From: Flavobacteriales bacterium
GTDB lineage: Bacteria; Bacteroidota; Bacteroidia; Flavobacteriales_F; PHOS-HE28
Reading direction: 5' to 3'
Length of the DNA stretch: 64,000 nucleotides
Assembly (NCBI GenBank): GCA_016717225.1
Contig: JADKGB010000003.1
Location: 142,113-206,112, forward strand
The notes under the pieces are model-generated. The model ran no database searches. It saw nothing but the letters and a program-made list of their open reading frames with translations, and was not told the origin of the DNA. A program made the position numbers and the translations under genes. Positions 8,549-20,548 of the stretch are shown here, in pieces; the first letter of the stretch is position 1, and the number at the start of each line of letters is the position of its first letter.

Positions 8549-11500
8549 TTGAGCATTCTCGGCATACGCATCACCCTGGTCGCTTTGGCCTTTGGCTTGG
8601 CTAGCTCGGCTTTGGCGCAGCCGTGCAGTATAGATCTGGGACCAGACCATACCATTTGCCAGAACGCGACCACAACGTTGAACGGCCCGGCCGGGTTTTC
8701 CAACTACCTATGGAGCACGAGCGCGGTAACACCCAACATCACGGTGGGGGCTCCTGCGGCGACGTATTGGTGCGAAGTGAACTATCCATTTGTCAACCCG
8801 GTCGTCAACGGCAATTTCAGCGCTGGCAACACAGGTTTTTCATCCCAATTCAACCTCAACAACAACCTACAGGGAGAGGGCACCTACAATGTGGGCTCGA
8901 ACCCTAACGCCTTTCACCCCCAATATAGTGGGGGGGGTAGCGGGAATTTCCTGATCGTGAATGCTGGCTTCGGGAGTTGGAGCGCTGGGCAACTCGATTG
9001 TTGGTGCCAGACCGTAACAGTTTGCCCAGAACAGACCTACACGCTTTCCTTTCGCGGAAGGAGTTTGACGAATGCACTCCCCGCGCGGCTTATTTGGGTT
9101 ATTGATGGAGTGATGCAGGGGCCAGAGTTCACTATGCCTGCATTCGGAGGTGGTTGGGGCAATTTCAGCGCGACATGGTCCTCCGGCGTTGGCCAAACGA
9201 CCGCCAATATTTGCCTTCGTGTGACTAGCGCCAACGGTGTCGGTGATGATTTTGGCATTGATGACATCATCGTTAGCGGCAACATCGTGCTGCGGGACTA
9301 TATCGATGTGCTCGTGAACCCATTACCGGTCATGAATTGCGGTGGCCCCTATGGCCCGCTTTGTATCAACTCTACCGCCATAGCATTGAATGGCTCACCT
9401 GCTGGAGGTACATGGAGCGGCAATGGGGTGGTCGGCTCAACCTTCACACCTTCTTCTGCTGGTCTGGGTGTTCACGCGTTGACTTATTCCTACACCGATG
9501 GGAACAATTGCCCCAATACGTGCACTACCAATGTCACGATAAACCCTCTCCCGATATTGGCTTGTGGGACCTATGGACCCTATTGCGTCAGTGCGAATGC
9601 CATCAATTTGGGTGGCTTCCCGAACGGTGGTACTTGGAGCGGCCCGGGAGTTGTCGCCAATGTTTTCACTCCGGCATCAGCTGGTGTTGGGTTGCACAAC
9701 GTCACATACACCTACACCAATGCCAATGGTTGCACCAATACTTGCACGACCAACGTCACGGTGAACGCGCTGCCGGTGGTTGCTTGTGGCGGGCCGTATC
9801 CGCCGGTTTGCATTGATGCGGTTGATGTCCCGCTAAACGGAGCACCCCTTGGTGGAACGTGGAGTGGAACGGGGGTAACGGGAAACAATATCGACCCCAG
9901 TGTTGGTTCGCAAACGGTCACCTACACATTCGTAGATGCCAATGGCTGCAGCAATTCTTGCACGACCAACGTCACGGTGAACGCGCTGCCGGTGGTTGCT
10001 TGTGGCGGGCCTTATCCGCCGGTTTGCATTGATGCGGTTGATGTCCCGCTCAACGGATCCCCCCTCGGTGGAACGTGGAGTGGAACGGGGGTGACGGGAA
10101 ACAATTTCGACCCCAGTGTTGGTTCGCAAACGGTCACCTACACGTTCGTAGATGCCAATGGCTGCAGTAATTCCTGCACGACCAACATCACGGTGAACGC
10201 GCTGCCGGTGGTTGCTTGTGGCGGGCCTTATCCGCCGGTTTGCATTGATGCGGTTGATGTCCCGCTCAACGGATCCCCCTCGGTGGAACGTGGAGTGGAA
10301 CGGGGTAACGGGAAACAATTTCGACCCCAGTGTTGGTTCGCAAACGGTCACCTACACGTTCGTAGATGCCAATGGCTGCAGTAATTCCTGCACGACCAAC
10401 ATCACGGTGAACGCGCTGCCGGTGGTTGCTTGTGGCGGACCGTATCCGCCGGTTTGCATTGATGCGGTTGATGTCCCGCTCAACGGATCCCCTTGGTGGA
10501 ACGTGGAGTGGAACGGGGTGACGGGAAACAATTTCGACCCCAGTGTTGGTTCGCAAACGGTCACCTACACGTTCGTAGATGCCAATGGCTGCAGTAATTC
10601 TTGCACGACCAACATCACGGTGAACGCGCTGCCAGTGGTTGCTTGTGGCGGACCGTATTCGCCGGTTTGTATAGATGCGGTTGATGTCCCGCTCAACGGA
10701 TCACCCCTTGGTGGAACGTGGAGTGGAACGGGGGTAACAGGAAACAATTTCGACCCCAGTGTTGGTTCGCAAACGGTCACCTACACGTTCGTAGATGCCA
10801 ATGGCTGCAGCAATTCCTGCACGACCAACATCACGGTGAACGCGCTGCCGGTGGTTGCTTGTGGCGGACCGTATCCGCCGGTTTGCATTGATGCGGTTGA
10901 TGTCCCGCTCAACGGATCCCCCCTTGGTGGAACGTGGAGTGGAACGGGGGTAACGGGAAACAATTTCGACCCCAGTGTTGGTTCGCAAACGGTCACCTAC
11001 ACGTTCGTAGATGCCAATGGCTGCAGCAATTCTTGCACGACCAACATCACGGTGAACGCGCTGCCGGTGGTTGCTTGTGGCGGACCGTATCCGCCGGTTT
11101 GCATTGATGCGGTTGATGTCCCGCTCAGCGGATCTCCTCTTGGTGGAACATGGAGTGGAACGGGGGTAACGGGAAACAATTTCGACCCCAGCGTTGGTTC
11201 GCAAACAGTCACGTACACGTTCGTAGGTGCCAATGGTTGCAGCAATTCTTGCACGACCAACATGACGGTGAACGCGCTGCCGGTGTTGGTTCCGGGAAAC
11301 TATGGCCCTTACTGTGCCAGTGATGCCCCGATCATCTTGGGCGGAATGCCAATGGGCGGAACGTGGACCGGCGCAGGTGTGAACGCAGGATCGTTCAACC
11401 CGGCAGTTACCGGAGCGGGCACGTACCCGCTTACATATTCATACAACGATGTCAATGGCTGTTCACAAAGTGCGCAAACAAGTTTGACAGTATTCCCCGC

Positions 11501-14500
11501 GCCAGTGGTCGATATCGGTGGTGACACTACCGTCTGTCCCGGGCAATCCGTGACTTTCAACGCGTTGACCCCTGGAGCGACCTACATCTGGCAGGACAAC
11601 TCTGTTGGGCCAACATTTTCGACTTCAACCCCAATGATCGTCACCGTGCAGGTTACTGTGAACGGTTGCACTACTGCGAGTTCTGCACAACTCATCAATT
11701 TCAATTTGCAAAGCGTGAATTTGGGTCCCGATGTTTCTGTATGTGAAGGAACAGCGGTGCCGCTCTCGGTGAATGTGTCAGGCGCGACGTATGCTTGGAG
11801 CACAACTTCTACAGCCAACGCGATCAATGCGAATACCACTGATTGGTACTGGGTGGATGTTTCGCTGAACGGCTGTAGTGTTCGTGACTCAATATACGTA
11901 ACGATCAAACCGAACCCGATCGTGAACCTCGGCCTGGATCGCATGGTATGCCCTGGTGCAACAGCCTTGTTGAACGCTACAACGCCAAACGCCACATACC
12001 TCTGGAGCAACAATGCGATAACGCCAACTGTGAATGCCGGCCTTGGTGCTTGGAGCGTGCAAGTGACGGTGGACGGCTGCCCAGGTACGGACATGGTCAA
12101 CGTAGGTAATTACGTCGCTCCAACGGTGAACCTTGGCCCTGACACGATACTCTGTCCCGGTGCTTCGCTGCTGCTGAATGCCACCACGCCATTCATGAGC
12201 TACAGTTGGCAGAACGCCTCAACAGCTGCCACCTTCCTTGTTCAGCAAGCAGGGTCGTTCTCGGTCACCCTTACTGATAGCCACGGATGTACAGGAAGCG
12301 ACCTGATCAATGTAGGATACGCTTCTCCGAACCAAGTGTTCATCGGCAACGACACAACGATCTGCAGTGGTACGATGATCACGTTGGATGCTTCCACACC
12401 AGGAGCCACGCTGTACAGTTGGAACAACGGATGGAACAGCAATACTCTTCCAGTGGCAGGTGGATTGTACTGGGTGGATGTGGTGCAAGGCAATTGTATG
12501 GTCACGGATTCCATTCATATCGGTGTCGCCTTTCCGCCTGTCTTTTCCCTCGGGAACGACACTACACTATGTCCGGGGGCTACCCTGCTTCTTGATGCAA
12601 CCGTTGCCGGGGTCAACTACCTCTGGCAGGATAATTCCACGCTACCTACACTGCTCGTTTCTGATGATGGCACGTTCAGCGTAACCCTCACCAATGCGGA
12701 CCTGTGCGCGGCAACTGAAACGATCACCGTTACATACGCCGATCCTGATGCGCTCGATCTTGGGCCCGATACCAGCATTTGCTCTGGTACCACGCTCACG
12801 CTTCAAGCCACATTGCCGGGTAGCACTTACCTCTGGAACACGCTGGCGCAGACATCCACCATCGACGTTACAGACCCCGGGTCCTATTCGGTGGTGGTGA
12901 TGCAAGGTGGTTGCTCGGTCACGGACGACATCAATGTATTGGTTGCACCATCGCCTTTCGTTGATCTCGGTAACGACACCACGCTTTGCGATGCATCAAC
13001 GCTAACCCTTGATGCGTTCTATCCAGGTGCAACGTACGTGTGGACAACGAACGAGGTCACATCATCGTTAACTGTTTCTTCAGCCAACACATATGGCGTT
13101 ACCGTTGATCTGAACGGCTGCTCTGCCACGGACTCGATCGAGGTAGCCTATGTTGGGGCCTTGGCTATCGATCTGGGTAACGACACAACGCTCTGCCCAG
13201 GAGCACTGCTCGACCTGTTCGCTTCTTTGCCCGGCGGTACAACTGTATGGAGCACCAACACAGTAGGCCCGACGATCACTGTTTCACAAGCCGATACGCT
13301 GTGGGCGAATGTTAGCGTTAGCGGATGTTCTGTCAGTGACTCCATCATCGTTCAATACGTGCAGTTGGATCAACTCGACCTGGGTTCGGATGCCTCGGTT
13401 TGCGAAGCTGACGCCATGGATTTCGATATCACGATACCCGGCGCCACCTATTTGTGGGATGATAATAGCACCAACCCGGTGCGCAGCATTGATGAAGAAG
13501 GCGATTACTGGGCCCGCATTACGTTGGGGGGATGTGAGACCAGCGATACGGTTCACATCACGATAACACCGCTACCGTTGGTCTACCTCGGTCCGGACAC
13601 TGGTTTGTGCGCAGGGTCCACCCTTCTCCTGAACGCTTCCCAGCCTGGCGCAACCTATCTATGGAACAACAGTAGCACACAAGGTACTATCACTGCAGTT
13701 CCAGGTGAATGGAATGTGGAGGTCACCTTGAACGGATGCACAGCCGGCGATTCCATTACGATCGCTTCACTACCAACACCTTCCTTGTCCTTGCCCACGG
13801 ATACGACCCTTTGTACGGGATCCGTTTGGATCATCGACGTAGCCCAACCCAATGCGACCTATGTATGGCAAGATGCAAGTACCGCAAGTGGATTTCTGGT
13901 TGACGCTGCCGACAATTACAACGTAACGGTGAGCATTGGTGGATGCTCGGCATACGCCGAAGTTGACGTATCCTACTTCGATGCATCGCTTGTGGATCTA
14001 GGGCCTGATACAACTCTTTGTCCTGGGCAGCAGCTGTTACTCTCGCTGACACTGCCAGGCGTTGTGCTCACTTGGCCAAACGGCCTGCACGGCAATGATT
14101 TCACGGTATCCAGTTCTGGCACATACACTCTTCTTGCCAATGCGAACGGATGCACGGCAAGTGACGAGATCAATGTGGACTACACACCATTGGGCCAGCC
14201 CGAACTGGGCGATGATCGCACGCTTTGCGAAGGCGATAGTGTCGTCTTGGTCGTTGTGCCTGGATCCGCTTCTGTTCTTTGGAATTCAGGAAGTACGAGT
14301 GATTCGCTCCTGACCACCACGAGTGGGACCTATTCTGTATCGCTCTCGTTGGATGGATGTTCGGCAACAGATGCGGTGGAATTTGAATTCGTTCCAGTGA
14401 TCGATAGCATTGATCTGGGTGAGGACGCTACCATCTGCCTTGGGAATACAGTGGTACTGGATGCTTTTGTGAACCGTGCGACCTACGATTGGAATACCGG

Positions 14501-14897
14501 TTCGAACACCGCGTCGATCAATGTCACTTCCCCGGGACTCTACATCGTTCAACTCGCCGGTCCCTGCATCAGTGCGATCGACAGCGTTCTAGTGATCGAA
14601 GGCAATTGCCCTTCCGAGATCTTTATCCCGAACAGCTTCACCCCGGATGGTGATGGGTTGAACGAGGTGTTCGGGCCGATCACCACAGGCAATTTCAAGA
14701 GCTTCACCTTCTTGATCTTCAACCGGTGGGGTGAAAATATCTTCAGCAGTGAAACGCCAGGCGGATCGTGGGATGGCACCTTGAACGGCACGATGGTGCA
14801 GGATGGTGTGTACGTCTGGCAATTGGCCTACCGAGCGGTGACTGATGTGGGTGTTGAGCAAAAGCGGTTGACCGGAAGCGTTACACTATTGCGATAG
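8549..14897 (+). CDS. Giant adhesin-like T9SS cargo protein of about 2100 aa with a type-B (gliding-motility-associated) C-terminal sorting domain; reading frame broken once near 10265–10300
   Basis: Signal peptide (TTG start) MSILGIRITLVALAFGLASSALAQ. A CBM-like N-terminal region is followed by about 9 Ig-like repeats of roughly 72 aa (C..G.Y..C..L.G.P.GG.WSG.GV..F.P..G.G..TY.Y.D.NGC..C..V.V). About 20 diverged repeats of roughly 78 aa (LG.D...C.G..L.A....A.Y.W…G.Y.V.V…GC.), then the C-terminus IPNSFTPDGDGLNEVF…FNRWGE…WDG. Track ORFs 8549..10384 and 10212..14897 are the same gene split by a net −2-nt change in C and G homopolymers. Confidence 0.75.
9761..11267 (+). repeat. Seven tandem copies of a 216-bp coding repeat (72-aa Ig-like unit) at about 97% or higher identity
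   Basis: Unit starts (gtgaacgcgctgcc…) fall at 9761, 9977, 10193, 10407, 10620, 10836 and 11052, with the next diverged unit at 11268. Spacings are 216 bp except 214 and 213 where homopolymer bases are missing. Confidence 0.9.
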
Positions 14898-14917
14898 TGG
14901 CTTGGCCCAGGCCATTG

Positions 14918-17083
14918 CTATTTCACCCCTACCGCATCAAAACCTTCCTCTTTCCAAAGGAATTGGCCGGTATCTGTTCGGATGTACGCCTTGAGCAGGT
15001 CGTTGGCGTTCTCGCTTTTCCCCCGACCCAAACGCGCAACGTTGTGTTCCACGATCTCCACCATGTCGAATTCGAAGGGAACACGAGTTTTTCCGCTTAC
15101 GTCCACCACACCGGTCCGTTCACCTTCACGAGCTACCAATAACCCGCCGTGCACGTCCGCAAGGCTTTTGAACTTCGGTGGTAACACTTCTTTGCCCGTG
15201 CTATCGATCAGGCCGAACAGTTCTCCCAAGCGAATGCGTGCATATCCATCGTGGAACTCCCACGCAGCATCGTATCTCGCTTCTATCGCCGTGGCCAAGG
15301 TGCGGCTCGCATAACCCCACTTGGTCTTTTTCTTCACGGGGATCAAGCCGTTCTCCATGTCCCCCATATCCAGATACTGGGCAGGAAGAATGCGCTCGCC
15401 CTTCGTATCGATCAAGGCCATCTTATCCGCAACCAGGACGCGCGCAACGCCGTTGTGAAAGTCACCCCATGGCGTAGGCGAACCGCTCGGCATCAGGTAT
15501 TGTGCGGCGATAACGAATTGACCAGAGGCGTTGACATAGCCGCACTTGCCACTGTTGGCCACCAGTGCCAAGCCATCGTTGAAATTGCCAACATGCTCTT
15601 GCTCCACCGGCAACAACACATCGCCGAACGGGCTTATGACCCCCATTTTGCCATCCTTCCGAGCGCGTGAGACAGCCCCGGCAAATCCTTCGATCCAATC
15701 GTACTGAAAGGGTACCATCACATTGCCCCTGGCATCGATAACACCCAGTTCGCCATCTTTCTCAACAACGGCTACGCTATTGCGGAAGGTGTTCGCGGTG
15801 GTGAATTGGAACGGTATCACCGTTGCACCGGCAGCATTGATGTAGCCAAATAGCCCGTCCTTCTCCGCATACGCCAAACCGCTGCTGAATTCACCAACCT
15901 CACCGAACTCCATGGGCACCACCAACTTCCCGGACCGATCCACCGCACCCGCCAGATCGCCACGTTCGACACTCGCCAGACCTTCACTGTATTCATACAC
16001 TTCGTCGTACTCAATGTCGATCACCGCACGGCCCATCTTGTTGATGGACCCGATCCGGCCGTTGCGTCCAACCAAAGCCTGCCCCTTCTCGAAAGGTGAG
16101 ACGAAATCAAAGTCCGCCTTGATCCGCTCTATGCCTTTGTCATCGATGTATCCCCATTTCCCACGCTGACGGAAAGGATACAATACAAGGCTTGCGGTAT
16201 TGTAGTCGTCCGCGAGTTCAGTGATGAAAGGATAGTCCGGATAGGTCTTCAGAAAATTGGTGATCGCTGTTGGACTCAGGTCCTTGGTGCTGTTGTCATA
16301 GATAGCCCGCCAGGCTTCTGCAACATTGGGGTTCTTGGGGTAACGGCGTATAAAGGCTGATAGTTCCTCCGGGGTACGGTGAGGAGCGTTCAATTGATAG
16401 ATCCGATCTTCAGCATTGCGCAAATACGGACTATCGCGATGCTCTGAAACGAACTGCTCGAATTCAGCTATGGTCCCGTTAGGCGCCGCTTCCCGGAAGA
16501 TCGCTTCCTGCATGCGATTGTTCGCCTCATAGGTCTCTTTGGCACCAGGGTAGCGGTCCATAAAGGCTTGATATCCTGCTGCTGTATTGATGTTTCGAGC
16601 CTCTTGGAAAGCCAGGTGATCGCGTATCAATGTTGCCTCGGCAACCTGACCGCTCGACATGTACGTGTTGATGAACCGGTCATAACCACTGATCGTGTTC
16701 ACCGTCTTGGCTTGGTTCCACGCGATCCTGTAGATGTGTTCCTTCTGTTCATTGATCGCCTCCATCGTAACGCCATACGGTTTCCACTCCGCCCGCTTCT
16801 TTTCCGTCGACAATGAAAAAGCAACATCAGCACGCTGGATGAACGCGTAGCTGGAATCAAGCTGATAAAAGGGATTATTGTCGCGCCCTGCTATCACGCT
16901 GCATCCATACCACGCGGCAGCACCGTTCTTCTTGATCTCCTTCTGGAACAGTTCACGAGCCAGGAAATAGTTATGGACCTCGAGGGCTGCAAAGGCTTTC
17001 TTCAACCCACCCGCATTAACGGAGATCGAGCATATGCCGGCGAACAACAAGTATGTCGCGCGTGTTCGAAAAGCAACCTTCAC
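14918..17083 (-). CDS. WG-repeat-containing secreted protein
   Basis: At least ten units of KWGYID..G..VIP..YD....F..G.A.V (the WG_beta_rep pattern). Signal peptide with a GTG start: (M)KVAFRTRATYLLFAGICSISVNA. Confidence 0.75.
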   Translation of the reverse strand: MKVAFRTRATYLLFAGICSISVNAGGLKKAFAALEVHNYFLARELFQKEIKKNGAAAWYGCSVIAGRDNNPFYQLDSSYAFIQRADVAFSLSTEKKRAEWKPYGVTMEAINEQKEHIYRIAWNQAKTVNTISGYDRFINTYMSSGQVAEATLIRDHLAFQEARNINTAAGYQAFMDRYPGAKETYEANNRMQEAIFREAAPNGTIAEFEQFVSEHRDSPYLRNAEDRIYQLNAPHRTPEELSAFIRRYPKNPNVAEAWRAIYDNSTKDLSPTAITNFLKTYPDYPFITELADDYNTASLVLYPFRQRGKWGYIDDKGIERIKADFDFVSPFEKGQALVGRNGRIGSINKMGRAVIDIEYDEVYEYSEGLASVERGDLAGAVDRSGKLVVPMEFGEVGEFSSGLAYAEKDGLFGYINAAGATVIPFQFTTANTFRNSVAVVEKDGELGVIDARGNVMVPFQYDWIEGFAGAVSRARKDGKMGVISPFGDVLLPVEQEHVGNFNDGLALVANSGKCGYVNASGQFVIAAQYLMPSGSPTPWGDFHNGVARVLVADKMALIDTKGERILPAQYLDMGDMENGLIPVKKKTKWGYASRTLATAIEARYDAAWEFHDGYARIRLGELFGLIDSTGKEVLPPKFKSLADVHGGLLVAREGERTGVVDVSGKTRVPFEFDMVEIVEHNVARLGRGKSENANDLLKAYIRTDTGQFLWKEEGFDAVGVK

Positions 17084-17153
17084 TGTGCGAAATTACCTGC
17101 GGTTCCACCTGCACATACCAACTTAGCCGCGCCGCACGCACCGAACGTTGTTG

Positions 17154-19481
17154 ATGAACAAGGAACCACTGCCAGCAGAAGTCTGGCTCACGAAGCGTAA
17201 CGCGCACTTCACACTTCTGCTGATAGGCCTGGTTTCACTTGCTGCTCTTTTCAGCTTGCGGAACGTCCGCGTCGATTATGATTTCGAGAAATTCTTCCCG
17301 AAGAACGACCCCGAACTGGATCGTTACTTGGCGTTCCGAGATCGTTTCGGGTATGACAACGATTTCCTCATGTTCGGTATCGAACGGAACGACGGGGTCT
17401 TTGATCAGGAACTGTTGGTTCGCGTGGATTCGTTCGCCGGTCGACTGGAACGGCTTCCCTTGGTGATCAAGGTACTATCGCCAACACGATTGAACGAGCC
17501 TGTGTTTACGCCGTTCGGGGTATTTGAAACGCCCTACCTCCGCCTTGGGAACGACACGTTGATCGCTATCGATTCCGCCAGGATCTGGAACGACCCACGG
17601 ATCAAGGACTTCTTCTTCACCAAGGATGCCAAAGCCATGTTGGTGGTTCTGAACGCAGAACCCGGGCTTTCCAAATTGAGGTGTGATTCGCTTCTGGCCG
17701 GGGTTCGTGAAGTGATGGCCAGATCCGGCTTTGCGGATGCCCGGATGGTAGGGAGGATCGTTGGGCAGGACCACTACATCAACACCATGGTGAAGGAGAT
17801 GCTCTTCTTCCTCACGGCTTCCATCGCGTTGCTTGCCATTTTCCTTTGGTTCGGTTTCCGCAGCATACACGGCATCGTGATACCCATACTCGTGGTGGGC
17901 TTGGCAATACTGTGGCAGTTGGGCCTGATGACAGCATTGGGCAAGCCCCTCGGTATTCTAACGATGCTGCTGCCAACAATACTCTTCGTTGTTGGCATGA
18001 GCGACGTGGTTCACTTGCTGGAATGTTACCTCGAAGAGATACGCAACGGAGTGCCGCGGATCCGAGCGATCGCCGTGACCTATCACGAGGTTGGCCTGCC
18101 CACCTTCCTGACAGCGATAACGAGCGGCATTGGTTTCGCCACACTGGGCACGGCTAGTATTCAGCCATTGCAGGAGTTCGGCTTGTATACGGCTCTTGGT
18201 GTTCTAGTGGCCTTTTGTCTGGCCTTCGCACTGCTCCCGGCACTTCTCGTGCTCACGGACCCGGCCAAGTTGCTCCCGCAAACCGCAAAATCTTCTCCCT
18301 GGGACAAGCGACTTCCACGACTCTTTCAATGGACCATTAAGCGAAGGCGTGCGATCCTGTGGTCCTTCGCACTGATCTCAGTGGTTGGCATTGCTGGGGC
18401 TTACCGTATCAAAGTGAACAACTTCCTGCTGGAGGACTTACCGAACAATGACCCACTGAAGAAAGGCTTCGTTTGGTTCGAAGAGAAATTCGGTGGCGTT
18501 CGTCCCTTCGAAATGGAGATCGTCGTTGCGGATAGCAACTCAACAATTTGGGACCTTGAAACTCTTCGGCAGATCGAACAAGTTCAACAGCATCTCGACA
18601 CGGTCTACGATGTGGATGGGCTCATTTCACCGGTTACCGTGATGTACTCGCTGAACAAGGCGTTCAATGGTGGCGATCGCTCTTTCTACCGGTTGCCGGA
18701 CGATCCTGAAGAATGCGCCCGCATGTCCAAACGCGCCAAGCTCCTTGGCAAGGAACTGCTCGGCCCGATCGTGAGCAGCGATGGTCGTACGGCGCGCCTT
18801 ACGGGTCGCCTCGTGGATGAAGGGGGGTACGTCCATAAAGGCAAGAATGCCGCCCTCGATTCATTCATCGCTACTCACACCAACCCCGGTTCGGTGCGGA
18901 TGCATCAGACAGGAATGGCCTACCTCATCGATCGGAACAATGAAACACTGAGTACCCAACTTGTGGGCGGCATGGGCATCGCTGTGTTGCTTACCGCGCT
19001 TATTATGCTCTGGTTCTTCCGCGATTGGCGAATGGTCGTAGTGGCTCTGATTCCCAATCTCGTTCCCTTGGTCTTCATTGCTGGTGTCATGGGTTTCATA
19101 GGTATCGACCTGAAAGTGAGCACCGCGATCATCTTCACCATTTCGTTCGGTATTGCTGAAGACGATACCATTCACATGCTTGCTTCATTCCGGCAGCATC
19201 TTAGGCAAGGGTTGTCACCGGCCTACGCCCTGAAACGCACGTATCTCCGCACAGGAAAGGCGGTCACAGTTACCAGTCTGATGCTGCTTTCGGGTTTCGT
19301 GACGCTAGTATTCTCCGACTTCGCCAGTGTGTTCTACATGGGTGTGTTGATCACGTTCACGCTCGCCTTAGCATACGTGGCCGAGCTTCTCCTGCTTCCT
19401 GCGCTGGTGATGGTGCTGATGAGAAGCAGGACCGCATTGGAACTGCCTAGGAGCCGAAGTGAGCGCGATCCGATCCAGTGA
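17154..19481 (+). CDS. MMPL/RND-superfamily exporter with sterol-sensing-domain-like transmembrane regions
   Basis: About 775 aa with two blocks of 5–6 TM helices separated by periplasmic loops. N-terminus MNKEPLP..LLLIGLVSLAALFSL…DFEKFFPKNDPE is typical of HpnN/MMPL-like exporters. ATG at 17154. Confidence 0.75.
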   Translation: MNKEPLPAEVWLTKRNAHFTLLLIGLVSLAALFSLRNVRVDYDFEKFFPKNDPELDRYLAFRDRFGYDNDFLMFGIERNDGVFDQELLVRVDSFAGRLERLPLVIKVLSPTRLNEPVFTPFGVFETPYLRLGNDTLIAIDSARIWNDPRIKDFFFTKDAKAMLVVLNAEPGLSKLRCDSLLAGVREVMARSGFADARMVGRIVGQDHYINTMVKEMLFFLTASIALLAIFLWFGFRSIHGIVIPILVVGLAILWQLGLMTALGKPLGILTMLLPTILFVVGMSDVVHLLECYLEEIRNGVPRIRAIAVTYHEVGLPTFLTAITSGIGFATLGTASIQPLQEFGLYTALGVLVAFCLAFALLPALLVLTDPAKLLPQTAKSSPWDKRLPRLFQWTIKRRRAILWSFALISVVGIAGAYRIKVNNFLLEDLPNNDPLKKGFVWFEEKFGGVRPFEMEIVVADSNSTIWDLETLRQIEQVQQHLDTVYDVDGLISPVTVMYSLNKAFNGGDRSFYRLPDDPEECARMSKRAKLLGKELLGPIVSSDGRTARLTGRLVDEGGYVHKGKNAALDSFIATHTNPGSVRMHQTGMAYLIDRNNETLSTQLVGGMGIAVLLTALIMLWFFRDWRMVVVALIPNLVPLVFIAGVMGFIGIDLKVSTAIIFTISFGIAEDDTIHMLASFRQHLRQGLSPAYALKRTYLRTGKAVTVTSLMLLSGFVTLVFSDFASVFYMGVLITFTLALAYVAELLLLPALVMVLMRSRTALELPRSRSERDPIQ

Positions 19482-19525
19482 AGCTCTGGTCTTTTCATGA
19501 TCACGGACGTGGTTCCAGTAGAAAT

Positions 19526-19554
19526 AAAGAAAGGGGCCTTGGCCCCCCTCTTTC
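19526..19554. terminator. GC-rich hairpin between convergent genes; candidate bidirectional terminator
   Basis: aaagaaaggggcc-tt-ggcccccctctttc lies between the MMPL stop at 19481 and the minus-strand stop at 19572. Confidence 0.45.
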
Positions 19555-19571
19555 ATGAGATCCATTCAGGA

Positions 19572-20300
19572 TCAGTAACTCTCGTACGCTCCTTTGAATT
19601 CGGCATCATCCATAAAAAAGTCCTTGCCGATCTCCAAGGTCTCTTTCGCTTTGGACTTGTTGCCTTTACCGTCCAGGTATGTGGCGTAATTGATCAAGGC
19701 GGTCTTCATCAATTTCTTCTGGTCATCAGGCAATAAACCGATACCGCCGGCGGCATCAAGTGCGGGTTGGAATTTCGCGATAGCCGCATCACCTTCCTTC
19801 ATCAAGTTGCCTTTGTACATGGTGAGCGCCAGCATGATCCACGGGCCGGGGTTCTCCGGGTAGTAGTTCGTCATGCCATCGAACCATTGCTTCGCTTTGC
19901 TCAACCCCTTGGGGTCTTCGTACGCATTGATCCCCGCTTCTTGGGCCATCAGGTTGAGTTCGCTCCAGAAGTCGGCGTAGTTGTCGAAGAACTCTTTGTT
20001 CTTGTCTTTTTTCCTGTATTTCTCGGCGTATTTCACCGCGTCTTTGTCACACTTCTTGTATTCCTCCATTGCGCGGAACTTCTCGATCTTGCTCATCTCG
20101 TAGTAGCACATGCTCACGTAGATATATGGCAACGGATCCTTCTTCGTGTCCTCCTTATCGGTGTAGTTGAACGCTTTGGCGAGGCAGTCCTCGTACTTCT
20201 CATCCACGTATTTGACGAGCAGGTCCTCGTATGGCTGCTTCTGGGCTTGGGCCGAAAAGATGGCAATAGTGGCAACGGTGAGGGTGAGCGAACGCATCAT
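19572..20300 (-). CDS. Hypothetical secreted protein, Lys/Asp/Tyr-rich
   Basis: Signal peptide MMRSLTLTVATIAIFSAQAQ. No recognised catalytic motif. Confidence 0.55.
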   Translation of the reverse strand: MMRSLTLTVATIAIFSAQAQKQPYEDLLVKYVDEKYEDCLAKAFNYTDKEDTKKDPLPYIYVSMCYYEMSKIEKFRAMEEYKKCDKDAVKYAEKYRKKDKNKEFFDNYADFWSELNLMAQEAGINAYEDPKGLSKAKQWFDGMTNYYPENPGPWIMLALTMYKGNLMKEGDAAIAKFQPALDAAGGIGLLPDDQKKLMKTALINYATYLDGKGNKSKAKETLEIGKDFFMDDAEFKGAYESY

Positions 20301-20548
20301 GGCGTAGTTGTTTTGCATGGGCTTTCAAGAACGATGCCGAAGGTATATGAGCCTGCCTTTGTATGCCTTGCGTAAACCGCACGCTTTGTTAGTGGATGGT
20401 TGTTGGTTGCCTGCTCTTGAGGCACGCTGGATCACATGAGCAACAAAAGTCCTGTTCTACAAGGTTAGCACGGATATCACTCCTAGCAGGCGTCTCTACC
20501 CCCACCTTTGCCTTCCGCTTTTGCCAATTGGGCATCAGCGGATAAAAC

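Noticed and set aside
9833-11263. A series of minus-strand ORFs (for example 9833..10351, 10701..11204 and the 71-aa series) inside the repeat array
   Set aside because: They are periodic antisense readings of the 216-bp coding repeats, such as the MTVCEPTLGSKLFPVTP… pattern repeated every 216 bp. They are not independent genes.
9761-11267. The possibility that this is a CRISPR array, because of its regular repeats
   Set aside because: The repeats are 216 bp, contiguous with no spacers, and encode an in-frame Ig-like protein domain. No cas genes are nearby.
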